Shown: in pieces, positions 8,212-17,416 of the stretch
How positions within the stretch are numbered: position 1 is the stretch's first letter
Layout: every line of letters starts with the position of its first letter
Sequence record: SRR22947727_2715
Direction: 5' to 3' (one strand)
Length of the DNA stretch: 40,556 bases
Position numbers and translations under genes: made by a program
The notes under the pieces: generated by a model
What the model was told of the DNA's origin: nothing
Databases searched by the model: none
Seen by the model: only the letters and a program-made list of their open reading frames with translations

Positions 8212-8726
8212 CCCATCGCATCCACATCCTTCTTCAAATATTCAAGTACATCACGAAACTGACTGTAATTTTTTTCGTTGGCTTCGACGAGCGTTTCATG
8301 AGCTTTCAGCATCATTTCGGCCCGTTCCCGTTTTGAGAGTTCTTTTTTTGGCAACGGTCTGTTCACGTTGTCTGCGACAAGCGCCCGCTCTTCAGTCCAC
8401 GAAGTTCCGTCTCTGTCGATCGTAATCAATTCATCAAGCCCCAGCTTTTTCACTGATTTAAAATTTCGATCATTTGCATTTACGACTTCGATTTTGCCGT
8501 CCATCTCCGCCATTCTCATCGTCAGCCCAGTCAAGATGCCAATGAATGTTGAATCCATTCCCGGGCAATTTTCAAGATCGACCACGATTTGACGGCCGCC
8601 GCGACTCACGTAGTCATCCGCGAAATCCCGAACCAAATGACTATTTAGATGAGAGGCGTTCCCATTTAAGCGAACCCACGCAACATCTCCAAAACATCCA
8701 ACCAATATGGAATCTTCGTCTTTCAC
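8208..8726 (-). CDS. STAS-domain anti-sigma-factor antagonist (RsbV/SpoIIAA-like)
   Basis: IVVDLENCPGMDSTFIGIL with phospho-acceptor DS motif; 4-bp overlap with the phosphatase gene. Confidence 0.88.
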   Translation of the reverse strand: MKDEDSILVGCFGDVAWVRLNGNASHLNSHLVRDFADDYVSRGGRQIVVDLENCPGMDSTFIGILTGLTMRMAEMDGKIEVVNANDRNFKSVKKLGLDELITIDRDGTSWTEERALVADNVNRPLPKKELSKRERAEMMLKAHETLVEANEKNYSQFRDVLEYLKKDVDAMG

Positions 8727-8900
8727 AATCTGAAAGGTTTAAAATCCGGGTGAAGTTTGAGTGCGTCCCCATGAATTCGGGGCGCGGTTGGTAATTCCCA
8801 AGACTTCACCTTCAATTCAGAGGATTGGTCTGAAATTTCAGCTCTCTGATTTGGATCGCTGGTAAACACGGTGGGGGAGGGGGCAGGAATGTTGAAAGAG

Positions 8901-9407
8901 TTACTTCCAGAGGAACGATTTGTTTTCTGCAATCACGGTGTCGCCCTGGAGAACAAGGGCTCGCCATGAGGTAACCGGGCCGCCTTTCGTGTAGTAATTT
9001 CCGTTTACGCGAAACTTAGTCGTGTTTTTGCGCTTCGCAGTCACGTTCGCGCTGATTTGGTGAACTTCGGATCCCGTATTTGCCTGACAATACTCCAAGC
9101 GAACTGTCACCTGGGAGCCAGGTGATTCAGATTTCCAAAAAATTGTGTAATAATTTCCGAATTTGTCCTGAAACTGTTCCGAAGTCACGGCGCCGTGGAG
9201 GTGATGACGCTGCTCGAATTTAATCATCGATTCGTCTGTCTTCACATACATCCCCGGCTTCAAGTGATAAGGGTTCACTTTCGTGATTGCAACCGGTCCG
9301 GAAGGTGTCGGAGCGGTCGAGCATCCCGTAAAAATAGTCAACGAGACTGTCGTCAGGACAGTTAAGAGAGAAAATCGACACAAAGAGAGATTCATATTTT
9401 CCAACAA
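8901..9407 (-). CDS. Hypothetical lipoprotein
   Basis: Hydrophobic signal peptide with lipobox FTGC; start may be ATG at 9395; perfect TATAAT on minus strand at 9418-9423. Confidence 0.7.
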   Translation of the reverse strand: MLENMNLSLCRFSLLTVLTTVSLTIFTGCSTAPTPSGPVAITKVNPYHLKPGMYVKTDESMIKFEQRHHLHGAVTSEQFQDKFGNYYTIFWKSESPGSQVTVRLEYCQANTGSEVHQISANVTAKRKNTTKFRVNGNYYTKGGPVTSWRALVLQGDTVIAENKSFLWK

Positions 9408-9523
9408 AGCGTATGTAATTATAACCGTTTCCAGATGTCGTTTTTCTTCGAAACGAAGTCTAGCCGTTGAAGAATATAGCCCCTTTTCTAAAAAAATTGA
9501 AAAAAAGTGACTGATTTCTCAGT

Positions 9524-12325
9524 GTGAGCAAAAACAATCCAGTAATTGAAGTGATTTGGCGCAAAGCTCCGTTTTTGCCTGAGGCAAAATTGTGGCTTGA
9601 TCCCCATGGGCCGTGCGATTTTGCCTTTGTTTCTCACGCGCACGCAGACCACTTTGCCCCTCATGGAAAAATTCTCTGCAGCGAGCCCACCGCTCGAATT
9701 ATCGAGAAACGATTCGGGAATCGGAAAAGCGACTATCTAATTTTGCCATTCGGAGAGGTGCATCAGCTCGACGACCGGCACGAGATTCAACTCCTCCCTG
9801 CTGGACATACTGCTGGTTCCGCTCAAATTTTTGTCCGAAATACCGAAACTGGTGCCAGCCTTCTTTACACCGGCGATTTCAAAATGAGGCCATCAGCTGC
9901 GGCCGAACCCATCGAGTTCCGCCATGCTGACACGCTGATTATGGAGACCACCTTTGGGATTCCTAAATTCACCCTTCCACCCACTGCTGATGTCATTGCG
10001 CAAATGGTGAAGTTCGCCCGTGAGACGCTTGAGGACGGTGACATTCCATTTCTGATGGGGTATTCGCTCGGAAAAGCGCAGGAAATTATTCTGGCGGTTC
10101 ATGCCGCTGCGCCGGAATTAAAATTTCAGGTTCACAAAACGGTCGAAAAAATGAACGCCGTTGTCGGATCTCTCGGTTGGAAATTCCCCGAATGTCAGCC
10201 GTTCGAGCCCAAAAAACGTGATCCAGTCGGCCATGTCATTGTCATTCCTCCAAACAGCCTGAAGTCTCAGGAAATTCGCCGAATCAAAAACAAACGGGCC
10301 GCTATGATGACGGGGTGGGGGATTGATTCAAACGCGCGCTATCGCTACCAGTGTGACGAAGTATTCCCGTTGACCGACCACGCGGATTATCCAGACCTCC
10401 ATACCTATGTCGAGGACGTAAATCCACACCTTGTCTACACACTTCATGGCTATGCAAGCCAGTTTGCCACAGAGCTACGCGCCAAGGGGCGAGAAGCGTG
10501 GTCCCTCATTTCTGCAAATCAAACCGAGCTGAAATTTGATGGCGATGTTCGAACCACGATTCCAAAGGTCGAAAATACCAGCCACGAAGTTCCACGGCCT
10601 GAATCCGGTTTCGGGCGCTTCGTTGAAACGTGCGAAGCCGTCCGTGACGCCACGGGTAAGTTGAAAAAACAGGCTGTCCTTGCTGAATACCTCCGCTCAC
10701 TCACGACGTCGGAAGAACTTCAGACGGCATGCTTGTTCTTGACCGGGAGCCCACTTTCAAAAACCGCTGCGACGCGCACCGTCAACACAGGCTGGGCGAT
10801 TGTTCGTCGCGTCATTCGCGAAATTTCGGGGCTTTCTGAAACTCAATATCGTCAGATTTCCACCAGTCAGGCTGATTCAGCTCGCACTTCATATATCATT
10901 CTTCAGGGGCACACCAATCCGGAACCTCATAAGCTTTCGGATATTGCTCGGCTTTTTGAAAACCTCGCCGCCGCCAGGGGATCGGCAAAAATTTCAGTTC
11001 TTAAAGAAACGCTTTCCAAGCTGCACCATGCCGAAGCGGCCATGGTCGTCGGAATTCTCGGGGGCGATCTTCGAATCGGACTGAAGGAAGGTCTCCTTGA
11101 AGAATCTATTGCGGCCGCTTTTGATCGAGAAGTAAGCCTTGTTCGCGAGGCTCATATGCTCACAGGAGATCCCGGGAAAACAGCGCTGCTCGCACGCGAT
11201 AATTTGCTTTCAGAATCCGGAGTTACTCCCTTTCATCCGTTAAAAATTATGCTCGCCAGCCCCGAGCCGGATGCTGAGGGTATTTGGAAGAGGCTCTCCG
11301 AAACCGAAGGTGGCGTTTGGCTCGAGGACAAATACGACGGCATTCGAGCGCAACTTCACAAAGTTGGTGATCGTGTCGAAATTTATTCCCGCGACCAAAG
11401 GGCGCTGGGGAAAGAGTTTGCGGAACTCATCCCCGAAGCTCAGAAGATTACAGACGACTTCATTTTCGATGGCGAAATCATTGCCTACGCCGCCGGCAAA
11501 AAACTGACGTTCTTCGATCTGCAAAAACGTCTCGGCCGACTTAATGAAGGCGATTTGTTTTTCGGAGAATCCATCCCTGTGACTTTTCTTGCCTTCGACG
11601 TTCTCTGGCACAACGGCGAAAGCCTGATCAAAAAGCCGCTGATCGACCGTGTTTCCCATTTCGATCAGATAGGGTTCGATCGACAAACAGACCCTGTTGG
11701 ATCGAATGAAGGAGATCGCGTAGCTTCGGCCGATAGCCCAGCAAGCCGATCGCCGCACGATCAGATAGAGTACGTTTATCGAATCAACCCTGTTGCTTCG
11801 TATCGTGCCCAATCGACTGCAGAAATTGATGACCATTTTTACGCGGCTAGAAAACGTGACAATGAAGGGCTCATCGCAAAAGACCCCAATTCCGCATACT
11901 CGCCTGGGCGCCGGGGGAAATCCTGGCTCAAGCTTAAAAAGGCTGCGGCTACGTTGGACTGTGTTGTTGTGAAAGCGCAACTGGGGCACGGCAAACGAAC
12001 TCATGTGTTGAGTGATTACACGTTCGCAATCCGAGATGAGCAAACCGATCAGCTTCGAGTCTTGGGAAAAGCGTATTCAGGCCTGACCGATCTGGAAATC
12101 GAAGAACTTACCGAACATTTCAAAGCAAACACGCTCGAGGTGAACCGCCGGGTTCACACGGTTGAACCGAATGTTGTCCTGGAAATTGCATTCGATTCGA
12201 TTCAGCCAAGCAAGCGTCACGATTCCGGATTGTCACTCCGGTTTCCCCGAATCAAGGCGATTCGTCGTGACAAAACCATTGCCGATATCGATACGATGAA
12301 GTCGGCATTGAAGCTGATTCGGTGA
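9524..12325 (+). CDS. MBL-fold/beta-CASP exonuclease fused to ATP-dependent DNA ligase
   Basis: SHAHADH, PAGH, YTGD, ETTFG, DHAD nuclease motifs; ligase motifs EDKYDG, FDGE, FDVL, EGLIAK, WLKLK and LRFPR. Confidence 0.93.
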   Translation: MSKNNPVIEVIWRKAPFLPEAKLWLDPHGPCDFAFVSHAHADHFAPHGKILCSEPTARIIEKRFGNRKSDYLILPFGEVHQLDDRHEIQLLPAGHTAGSAQIFVRNTETGASLLYTGDFKMRPSAAAEPIEFRHADTLIMETTFGIPKFTLPPTADVIAQMVKFARETLEDGDIPFLMGYSLGKAQEIILAVHAAAPELKFQVHKTVEKMNAVVGSLGWKFPECQPFEPKKRDPVGHVIVIPPNSLKSQEIRRIKNKRAAMMTGWGIDSNARYRYQCDEVFPLTDHADYPDLHTYVEDVNPHLVYTLHGYASQFATELRAKGREAWSLISANQTELKFDGDVRTTIPKVENTSHEVPRPESGFGRFVETCEAVRDATGKLKKQAVLAEYLRSLTTSEELQTACLFLTGSPLSKTAATRTVNTGWAIVRRVIREISGLSETQYRQISTSQADSARTSYIILQGHTNPEPHKLSDIARLFENLAAARGSAKISVLKETLSKLHHAEAAMVVGILGGDLRIGLKEGLLEESIAAAFDREVSLVREAHMLTGDPGKTALLARDNLLSESGVTPFHPLKIMLASPEPDAEGIWKRLSETEGGVWLEDKYDGIRAQLHKVGDRVEIYSRDQRALGKEFAELIPEAQKITDDFIFDGEIIAYAAGKKLTFFDLQKRLGRLNEGDLFFGESIPVTFLAFDVLWHNGESLIKKPLIDRVSHFDQIGFDRQTDPVGSNEGDRVASADSPASRSPHDQIEYVYRINPVASYRAQSTAEIDDHFYAARKRDNEGLIAKDPNSAYSPGRRGKSWLKLKKAAATLDCVVVKAQLGHGKRTHVLSDYTFAIRDEQTDQLRVLGKAYSGLTDLEIEELTEHFKANTLEVNRRVHTVEPNVVLEIAFDSIQPSKRHDSGLSLRFPRIKAIRRDKTIADIDTMKSALKLIR
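11661..11705. repeat. 45-bp palindromic repeat, copy 2 (intragenic, reverse orientation)
   Basis: TCGATCAGATAGGGT-TCGATCGACAAACAG-ACCCTGTTGGATCGA inside the ligase ORF. Confidence 0.85.
11757..11801. repeat. 45-bp palindromic repeat, copy 3 (intragenic)
   Basis: ACGATCAGATAGAGT-ACGTTTATCGAATCA-ACCCTGTTGCTTCGT inside the ligase ORF, 51 bp after copy 2. Confidence 0.8.
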
Positions 12326-15300
12326 TCAGACTCGCCGCAGTTGTCGCGATAAGTTGAGCTTCAGTAAAAACAAGGCGATCACCACAAACATCGTCATCGC
12401 AAACACATTGATCCAAAGCGTTTTGACTTGGATGATGTCGTTTTTTGGTGGGTCGCCCGCTTTATCAGGAGGCGCTGCAAATGGGTTTCCCGGAATAGCG
12501 AAAGGCATTTTATACTGCCGCATACTTCCGAAAAAAACGTTTGGTGGACGCTCTTCTTTTCGGTAGTCACGCCGTTCCACTTCTGCCCGGTTAAAGAGGC
12601 GCCACACTTTTTCGTTCACGAAAATTTGTTCAGCAGTAAAGGTTTTGCCTTCGGGCGAGGCTTCAAAAATTGGTTCAGGATCAAAGTCGCGGTTAATCAA
12701 TCCTTCGCGAATCGTCGCAATTTTTGTTGCGATATCGTCGGCACTTTTACCTTCAAGTCCGTGAATAATCGCAAGGGCATCTTTTGCATTTCGCAGGCGA
12801 ATTGATTCCACCGCAGATAATTTCTGACTGATTGGAATTGCACTGATTTCGGCCAATTCGTTTTCAATCAAATTGGTCAGCGAGCTGGTCGGGTTCAATT
12901 CAGCATGAGAAATAATCGTTCCTTCGTAACTCCACCGGAGTGGCATCAAATGACAAATGCTTGGCACCTGAAGTTTGCTTTCATTCTCCGCTTCTTCCTC
13001 GGTTTGAGCGGGGCCGAACCAATGCCGCACGGATGAAATGACATCGAGCGCGCTGCGGTTCATTTCATCATATTTAATCAAAGCGCCCCCCAAAATGATA
13101 TTTGGGATCATGATGAGCGGGATGATGTTTGCCGCAGTTTTCGGGCTGGAAACGGTGCTGGAGATAAACAATCCGGCTGCTGCCCCGACCAAAGCGGTCC
13201 CGAACATCCAGAACAAATTGTAGAAAAACATCGCACGAATTCCCAAGATCCAATCGGCAAGCAATAGATAAATGACGCATTGGATGAGTGAGAAAAATGC
13301 CAGCGAAAGCATCTTGCTCGTTAGGTAAGCGGACACGCGAATCCCGTGATGCCGTTCTCGTTCCAGTAAACTTCGATCGCGAATGATCTCTTCAGCGGAG
13401 TTGGTTAATCCGAGAAAAAGTGCGATGACCAATGACAGGAAAAGATAAGTTGGGATGTGAAAGGCCGAGGCAAAGTTGTAGGCTCCATCCTCGCTGTAAC
13501 GCAAAACGACAGCGACCAAAACAGCTAATGCAGGAGCTTCTAACAGAGTGGTGGCAAGGTTTGAGCGGTTCCGCAGTTTACTCCAAAAGGCGCGTTTCAG
13601 CTGATTGAGGAATCGCACCCAGTCGTCACGCAGTCTCCGTTTCGGTCGTTGCGGAGTTTTTTGAAGTTGAACGGTCGCCGAGCTGTCCGGTTCGATTTCC
13701 CGCAAGTTCACTTCCTGCAACATGCGGTAAGTCTGGAAGCGATCGGCCCAAAACGCAGGGCTGAAACGACGTGCTGGAATCAAATGTCCGCGATCGTTTT
13801 GCTCGTAAATGACATCACCACTCAGATCAAGCAAGGGAGTTTCAAGAACGTCGAATACGAAATCGGGAGTCAGTTGATTCGCCGCCAGAGGAGAGGTAAT
13901 AGGGACCTCCGATCGATCAGGATCAGTCGAAACAGCTCCGGCTCCGAATGTGCCGAATGCAGTGCGATTGACGCCTTCTTGATCGCGGGCTTCTGCAAAA
14001 TATTCGAGCATTTGCGAGGGCGTTCCGAAAAAGGCAAGCTTGCCACCCTGGTCAAGAAGGATTGCTTTGTCGAACATCTGAAACAAGCGGCTGCTTGGTT
14101 GGTGAATCGACACCAGGGTGATTTTGTTGTGGGTTAGCCCACGGATGATTTCGAGAACATGTTCTGAATCCTTCGATGAAAGGCCGGAAGTAGGCTCGTC
14201 AAAAAGGTAAACATCGGCAATGCCGATCATGTCCATTCCCGCGTTCAGACGCCTTCGCTGGCCACCACTGAGGTTTTTCGTTTGTCCGTCACCTGCGAGG
14301 CGATGGCGAATTTCGTTGAGTCCCAGTTCGACCAATTTTGCATCGACGCGCCGTCTGCGTTCAGGGCCTCGAAAATGGGGGGCGCGAATTGCAGCTGCAG
14401 TGTCGAGGTTTTCTTCAACGGAGAGGAGTGAATCGAATGTCTCCTCCTGAGGAGTCAGCGCTATGTACGACGACAGGTTTTCGTGCTCGGAATAGAGATC
14501 GACTCCGTTCAAATCGATTCGCCCGCCTTGCGGTTTCATTTGCCCCGCGATGCCTTTCAACAACGTGCTTTTTCCGCAACCACTCGGCCCCATCACGCAG
14601 ATCATTTCACCGCGTTGCACGGCAAAGCTGATGTTGTCTAGCGCCTGCACTTTACTCCCCGAGAATCGATGAACCACGTCCCGGAGCTTCAGTGTGTTGA
14701 TGACGTTGCGCTCTTCTTCGATCACGCCGTCACCGAAATGGCAGCGAACATACTGGCCTTCGCCAACAGTGATTGCATCTTCGTCTTTGAGCGGATAGGT
14801 GCCGCCAACACGAACGATCTGTCCCTCCACAGCCATCGGCCGATCCGCGTCCAGCACTTCCAACGTTCCCGTTTTGGCCTCGTAATCACAACGGATTCGC
14901 AGCAGGAGTTCACTGGTCAGACCGGGAGTGAGCAAGATGTCACCGGGCTGAAGTCGATCGGGATTGTTCGAAATTAAATACTCCGAGCGACTGGGAAGCA
15001 TGTTGAACCGGCCGCCCATTTCACGAGCACGTCGGCGGAGTTCTCCAAAAGCGATCTCGGTGTGGTTATCGAAAACCAGTTTCTCGCGAGAGCCGACTTT
15101 TTGGTGATCGCCTTTTTTGAGATCCAGTTCTCCAATCCGCGCTTTTATGTTTCGCAGGACCTTGATCTCGATATCAAGACCGAAATGAATCTCAATATAG
15201 CTCTGCTTGGAACGTTGCTTCTCGATGAACTGGGTGCCGTTGTTGTCCTGAGCCAGATACAGTTGGACTGAGGAAACGTCTTTCTTCGCATTGAAATAAA

Positions 15301-16126
15301 AGACCAGATCCTGATAGTCGAGAACCTCAGCGCCGATTAAAATCCGCTGGCCTTCGTATACCCGGCAGAACTCGCCTTCATTCACGCGGCGTCCCCGTGC
15401 GATGATTGTTTCGGTCCCGATATTTTTGATCAATACCAGATTTTGAAAACGGAATGCGGCGACTTGATGGCCCTCCGAAAGCGATTTGAAACAGACATCA
15501 GCAGCATTTTCAGGACTGAAAATCAGCGTTTCCAGCGGCTGGACTTCAGATGATTCAGCAGTTGGTTCCTCTTCGACCAACTCGCTGGTGTTGAGTTGAT
15601 AAACAATGTTGATTGCCTCAGACGCCACGCTCAACGTGGTCATGAACTGATAAAAGGTAATCAGGTTTTCCTTCGGCAATCCCGCCCGACTGATCAAAAC
15701 GTAAAGTTGGACACCGAGCAAAATTTTGTCTTCCAGCGGCAAAAGAGCTGCGAGATCTTCAGAAATTGCATCTAGGTCCTGTGACTCCCGGAGTGCTTCC
15801 ATGAAAAGCTCCCGCAATTCGGAATACACAGTTTCCGGGTAATCGTAACGGAGAAATCCAAGAATCGAATCAATCTCGCCTTCAGCAACCCGGCCATCGA
15901 GTTTTGTAAACCCCGCAAATACCTGAATTAAAACGGGGAGCATCGATTGCTCTGTCCGCGGAGCTGTATTTCTACGATCTAGGATACTGGTAAATCGCTT
16001 CCAGGCAGAGGCGCGTTTGGCTCCTTTTGAAAGCTGGCCGGAGTTCAAACTTTTCAGTTTGGAGGAACCGCGGGTCGAAGCGGTCGTCGACGGCTTTTCA
16101 GGGGGTTGTTTCGGGGCAGTAGGCAT
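12326..16126 (-). CDS. Large fused ABC transporter (TerB-like N-terminus, FHA-like beta domains, ATPase, ABC-2 permease)
   Basis: Walker A GPSGCGKS, LSGGQ, YLFDEPTSGL, H-loop SIHQP (ABCG-like); C-terminal TM region; N-terminal KLDGRVAEGEI resembles TerB/DjlA N-domain. Confidence 0.85.
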   Translation of the reverse strand: MPTAPKQPPEKPSTTASTRGSSKLKSLNSGQLSKGAKRASAWKRFTSILDRRNTAPRTEQSMLPVLIQVFAGFTKLDGRVAEGEIDSILGFLRYDYPETVYSELRELFMEALRESQDLDAISEDLAALLPLEDKILLGVQLYVLISRAGLPKENLITFYQFMTTLSVASEAINIVYQLNTSELVEEEPTAESSEVQPLETLIFSPENAADVCFKSLSEGHQVAAFRFQNLVLIKNIGTETIIARGRRVNEGEFCRVYEGQRILIGAEVLDYQDLVFYFNAKKDVSSVQLYLAQDNNGTQFIEKQRSKQSYIEIHFGLDIEIKVLRNIKARIGELDLKKGDHQKVGSREKLVFDNHTEIAFGELRRRAREMGGRFNMLPSRSEYLISNNPDRLQPGDILLTPGLTSELLLRIRCDYEAKTGTLEVLDADRPMAVEGQIVRVGGTYPLKDEDAITVGEGQYVRCHFGDGVIEEERNVINTLKLRDVVHRFSGSKVQALDNISFAVQRGEMICVMGPSGCGKSTLLKGIAGQMKPQGGRIDLNGVDLYSEHENLSSYIALTPQEETFDSLLSVEENLDTAAAIRAPHFRGPERRRRVDAKLVELGLNEIRHRLAGDGQTKNLSGGQRRRLNAGMDMIGIADVYLFDEPTSGLSSKDSEHVLEIIRGLTHNKITLVSIHQPSSRLFQMFDKAILLDQGGKLAFFGTPSQMLEYFAEARDQEGVNRTAFGTFGAGAVSTDPDRSEVPITSPLAANQLTPDFVFDVLETPLLDLSGDVIYEQNDRGHLIPARRFSPAFWADRFQTYRMLQEVNLREIEPDSSATVQLQKTPQRPKRRLRDDWVRFLNQLKRAFWSKLRNRSNLATTLLEAPALAVLVAVVLRYSEDGAYNFASAFHIPTYLFLSLVIALFLGLTNSAEEIIRDRSLLERERHHGIRVSAYLTSKMLSLAFFSLIQCVIYLLLADWILGIRAMFFYNLFWMFGTALVGAAAGLFISSTVSSPKTAANIIPLIMIPNIILGGALIKYDEMNRSALDVISSVRHWFGPAQTEEEAENESKLQVPSICHLMPLRWSYEGTIISHAELNPTSSLTNLIENELAEISAIPISQKLSAVESIRLRNAKDALAIIHGLEGKSADDIATKIATIREGLINRDFDPEPIFEASPEGKTFTAEQIFVNEKVWRLFNRAEVERRDYRKEERPPNVFFGSMRQYKMPFAIPGNPFAAPPDKAGDPPKNDIIQVKTLWINVFAMTMFVVIALFLLKLNLSRQLRRV

Positions 16127-16174
16127 GCGACGTGGCCGACCTTACCTTGAAAAACTCCGTTTTGCGAGAGCTTG

Positions 16175-17359
16175 TCACGCCTCAATTACTGCTTTGACCT
16201 TCCCGAATTTTTCTGCAGCCAGTTGCAGTTCTTCTTTAGAATGAGCGGCTGAAATCTGCGTCCGAATTCGCGCTTTTCCCTGAGGAACAACGGGGAATGA
16301 AAATCCAATGACGTAAATTCCTTCTTCCAAAAGAGCGTCCGCCATTTTTGAGGCCAGTTTGGCATCACCTATCATCACGGGGACAATCGGATGTTCACCG
16401 GGCAAAACTTTGAGTCCTGTCTTCTCAATTTCACTGCGGAAAAAGGCGGTGTTTTCCCGAAGCCGATCCAACAAGCTTGAATCCCGCTGAACCAATTTGA
16501 GCGCTTTCAATGAAGCTGCGCAAATAACAGGGGCCAGTGAATTCGAAAACAAATACGGGCGCGAACGTTGCCTTAGTAATTCGACGATTTCCTTTTTACC
16601 GCTGGTGTAGCCACCGCTCGCGCCGCCGAGGGCTTTTCCGAGTGTGCCGGTAATGATATCCACTCGGCCCATCACGCCGCAATGTTCGTGGGTACCGTGC
16701 CCGTTTTCGCCAATAACTCCAACGGCATGAGAATCGTCGACCAGCACTAAGGCGTCGTATTTGTCGGCCAAATCACAGATTCCTTCGAGGTCGGCAATGC
16801 TTCCATCCATCGAGAAAACGCCATCCGTCGCAATCAATTTGTGACGCGCGGATGAGGCTACTTTCAACTTTGCCTCCAAATCTTCGAGGTCGTTGTTGGC
16901 GTAGCGAAAACGCTGGGCTTTGCACAATCGAACGCCATCAATGATTGACGCGTGATTCAGCGAGTCGGAAATAATCGCGTCTTCCGGTCCGAGCAACGTC
17001 TCAAAAAGGCCGCCATTGGCGTCGAAACAGGACGAATACAAAATGGTGTCTTCGGTTCCCAAAAAATCACTGAGAGCTGATTCCAGTTCGCGATGAATCG
17101 TTTGCGTTCCGCAGATGAAGCGGACCGAAGAAAGCCCGTATCCCCACTTGTCGAGCGCGTCGTGAGCGGCCTCGATAATTTCGGGGTGGCTGGCCAGTCC
17201 CAGATAATTGTTCGCACACAAATTCAGAACCGAATCTCCGGAGGCAACTTCGATTTGTGAATTCTGCCGCGTTGTGATTTCGCGTTCAGACTTATAAAGT
17301 CCTGCTTCCCGAATCGAGTCGAGAGTTTCTATGAGTTGTTTGGTGAGTGAGTCGTTCAT
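16175..17359 (-). CDS. kbl: Glycine C-acetyltransferase (2-amino-3-ketobutyrate CoA ligase)
   Basis: [47 protein letters not shown] (PLP Lys), [11 protein letters not shown]. Confidence 0.95.
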   Translation of the reverse strand: MNDSLTKQLIETLDSIREAGLYKSEREITTRQNSQIEVASGDSVLNLCANNYLGLASHPEIIEAAHDALDKWGYGLSSVRFICGTQTIHRELESALSDFLGTEDTILYSSCFDANGGLFETLLGPEDAIISDSLNHASIIDGVRLCKAQRFRYANNDLEDLEAKLKVASSARHKLIATDGVFSMDGSIADLEGICDLADKYDALVLVDDSHAVGVIGENGHGTHEHCGVMGRVDIITGTLGKALGGASGGYTSGKKEIVELLRQRSRPYLFSNSLAPVICAASLKALKLVQRDSSLLDRLRENTAFFRSEIEKTGLKVLPGEHPIVPVMIGDAKLASKMADALLEEGIYVIGFSFPVVPQGKARIRTQISAAHSKEELQLAAEKFGKVKAVIEA

Positions 17360-17367
17360 CGCGTTTT

Positions 17368-17412
17368 GCGATCTAATAGGGTCTGTTCGACGAATGAACC
17401 CTATCCATTCGT
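17368..17412. repeat. 45-bp palindromic repeat, copy 4
   Basis: GCGATCTAATAGGGT-CTGTTCGACGAATGA-ACCCTATCCATTCGT; fills the gap upstream of kbl. Confidence 0.85.
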
Positions 17413-17416
17413 GAAT

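Noticed and set aside
8723-8932. 69-codon ORF between the lipoprotein and STAS genes
   Set aside because: Overlaps both neighbours, low-complexity composition, no motif; the region is better explained as structured intergenic sequence, though a small protein cannot be excluded
11240-12043. Long antisense ORFs (11240-12043, also 26275-26898, 27613-28287, 37285-37935)
   Set aside because: Shadows of well-supported genes on the opposite strand with no protein motifs
16175-17359. kbl without adjacent tdh
   Set aside because: Unlinked kbl and tdh are common; not evidence of a new pathway
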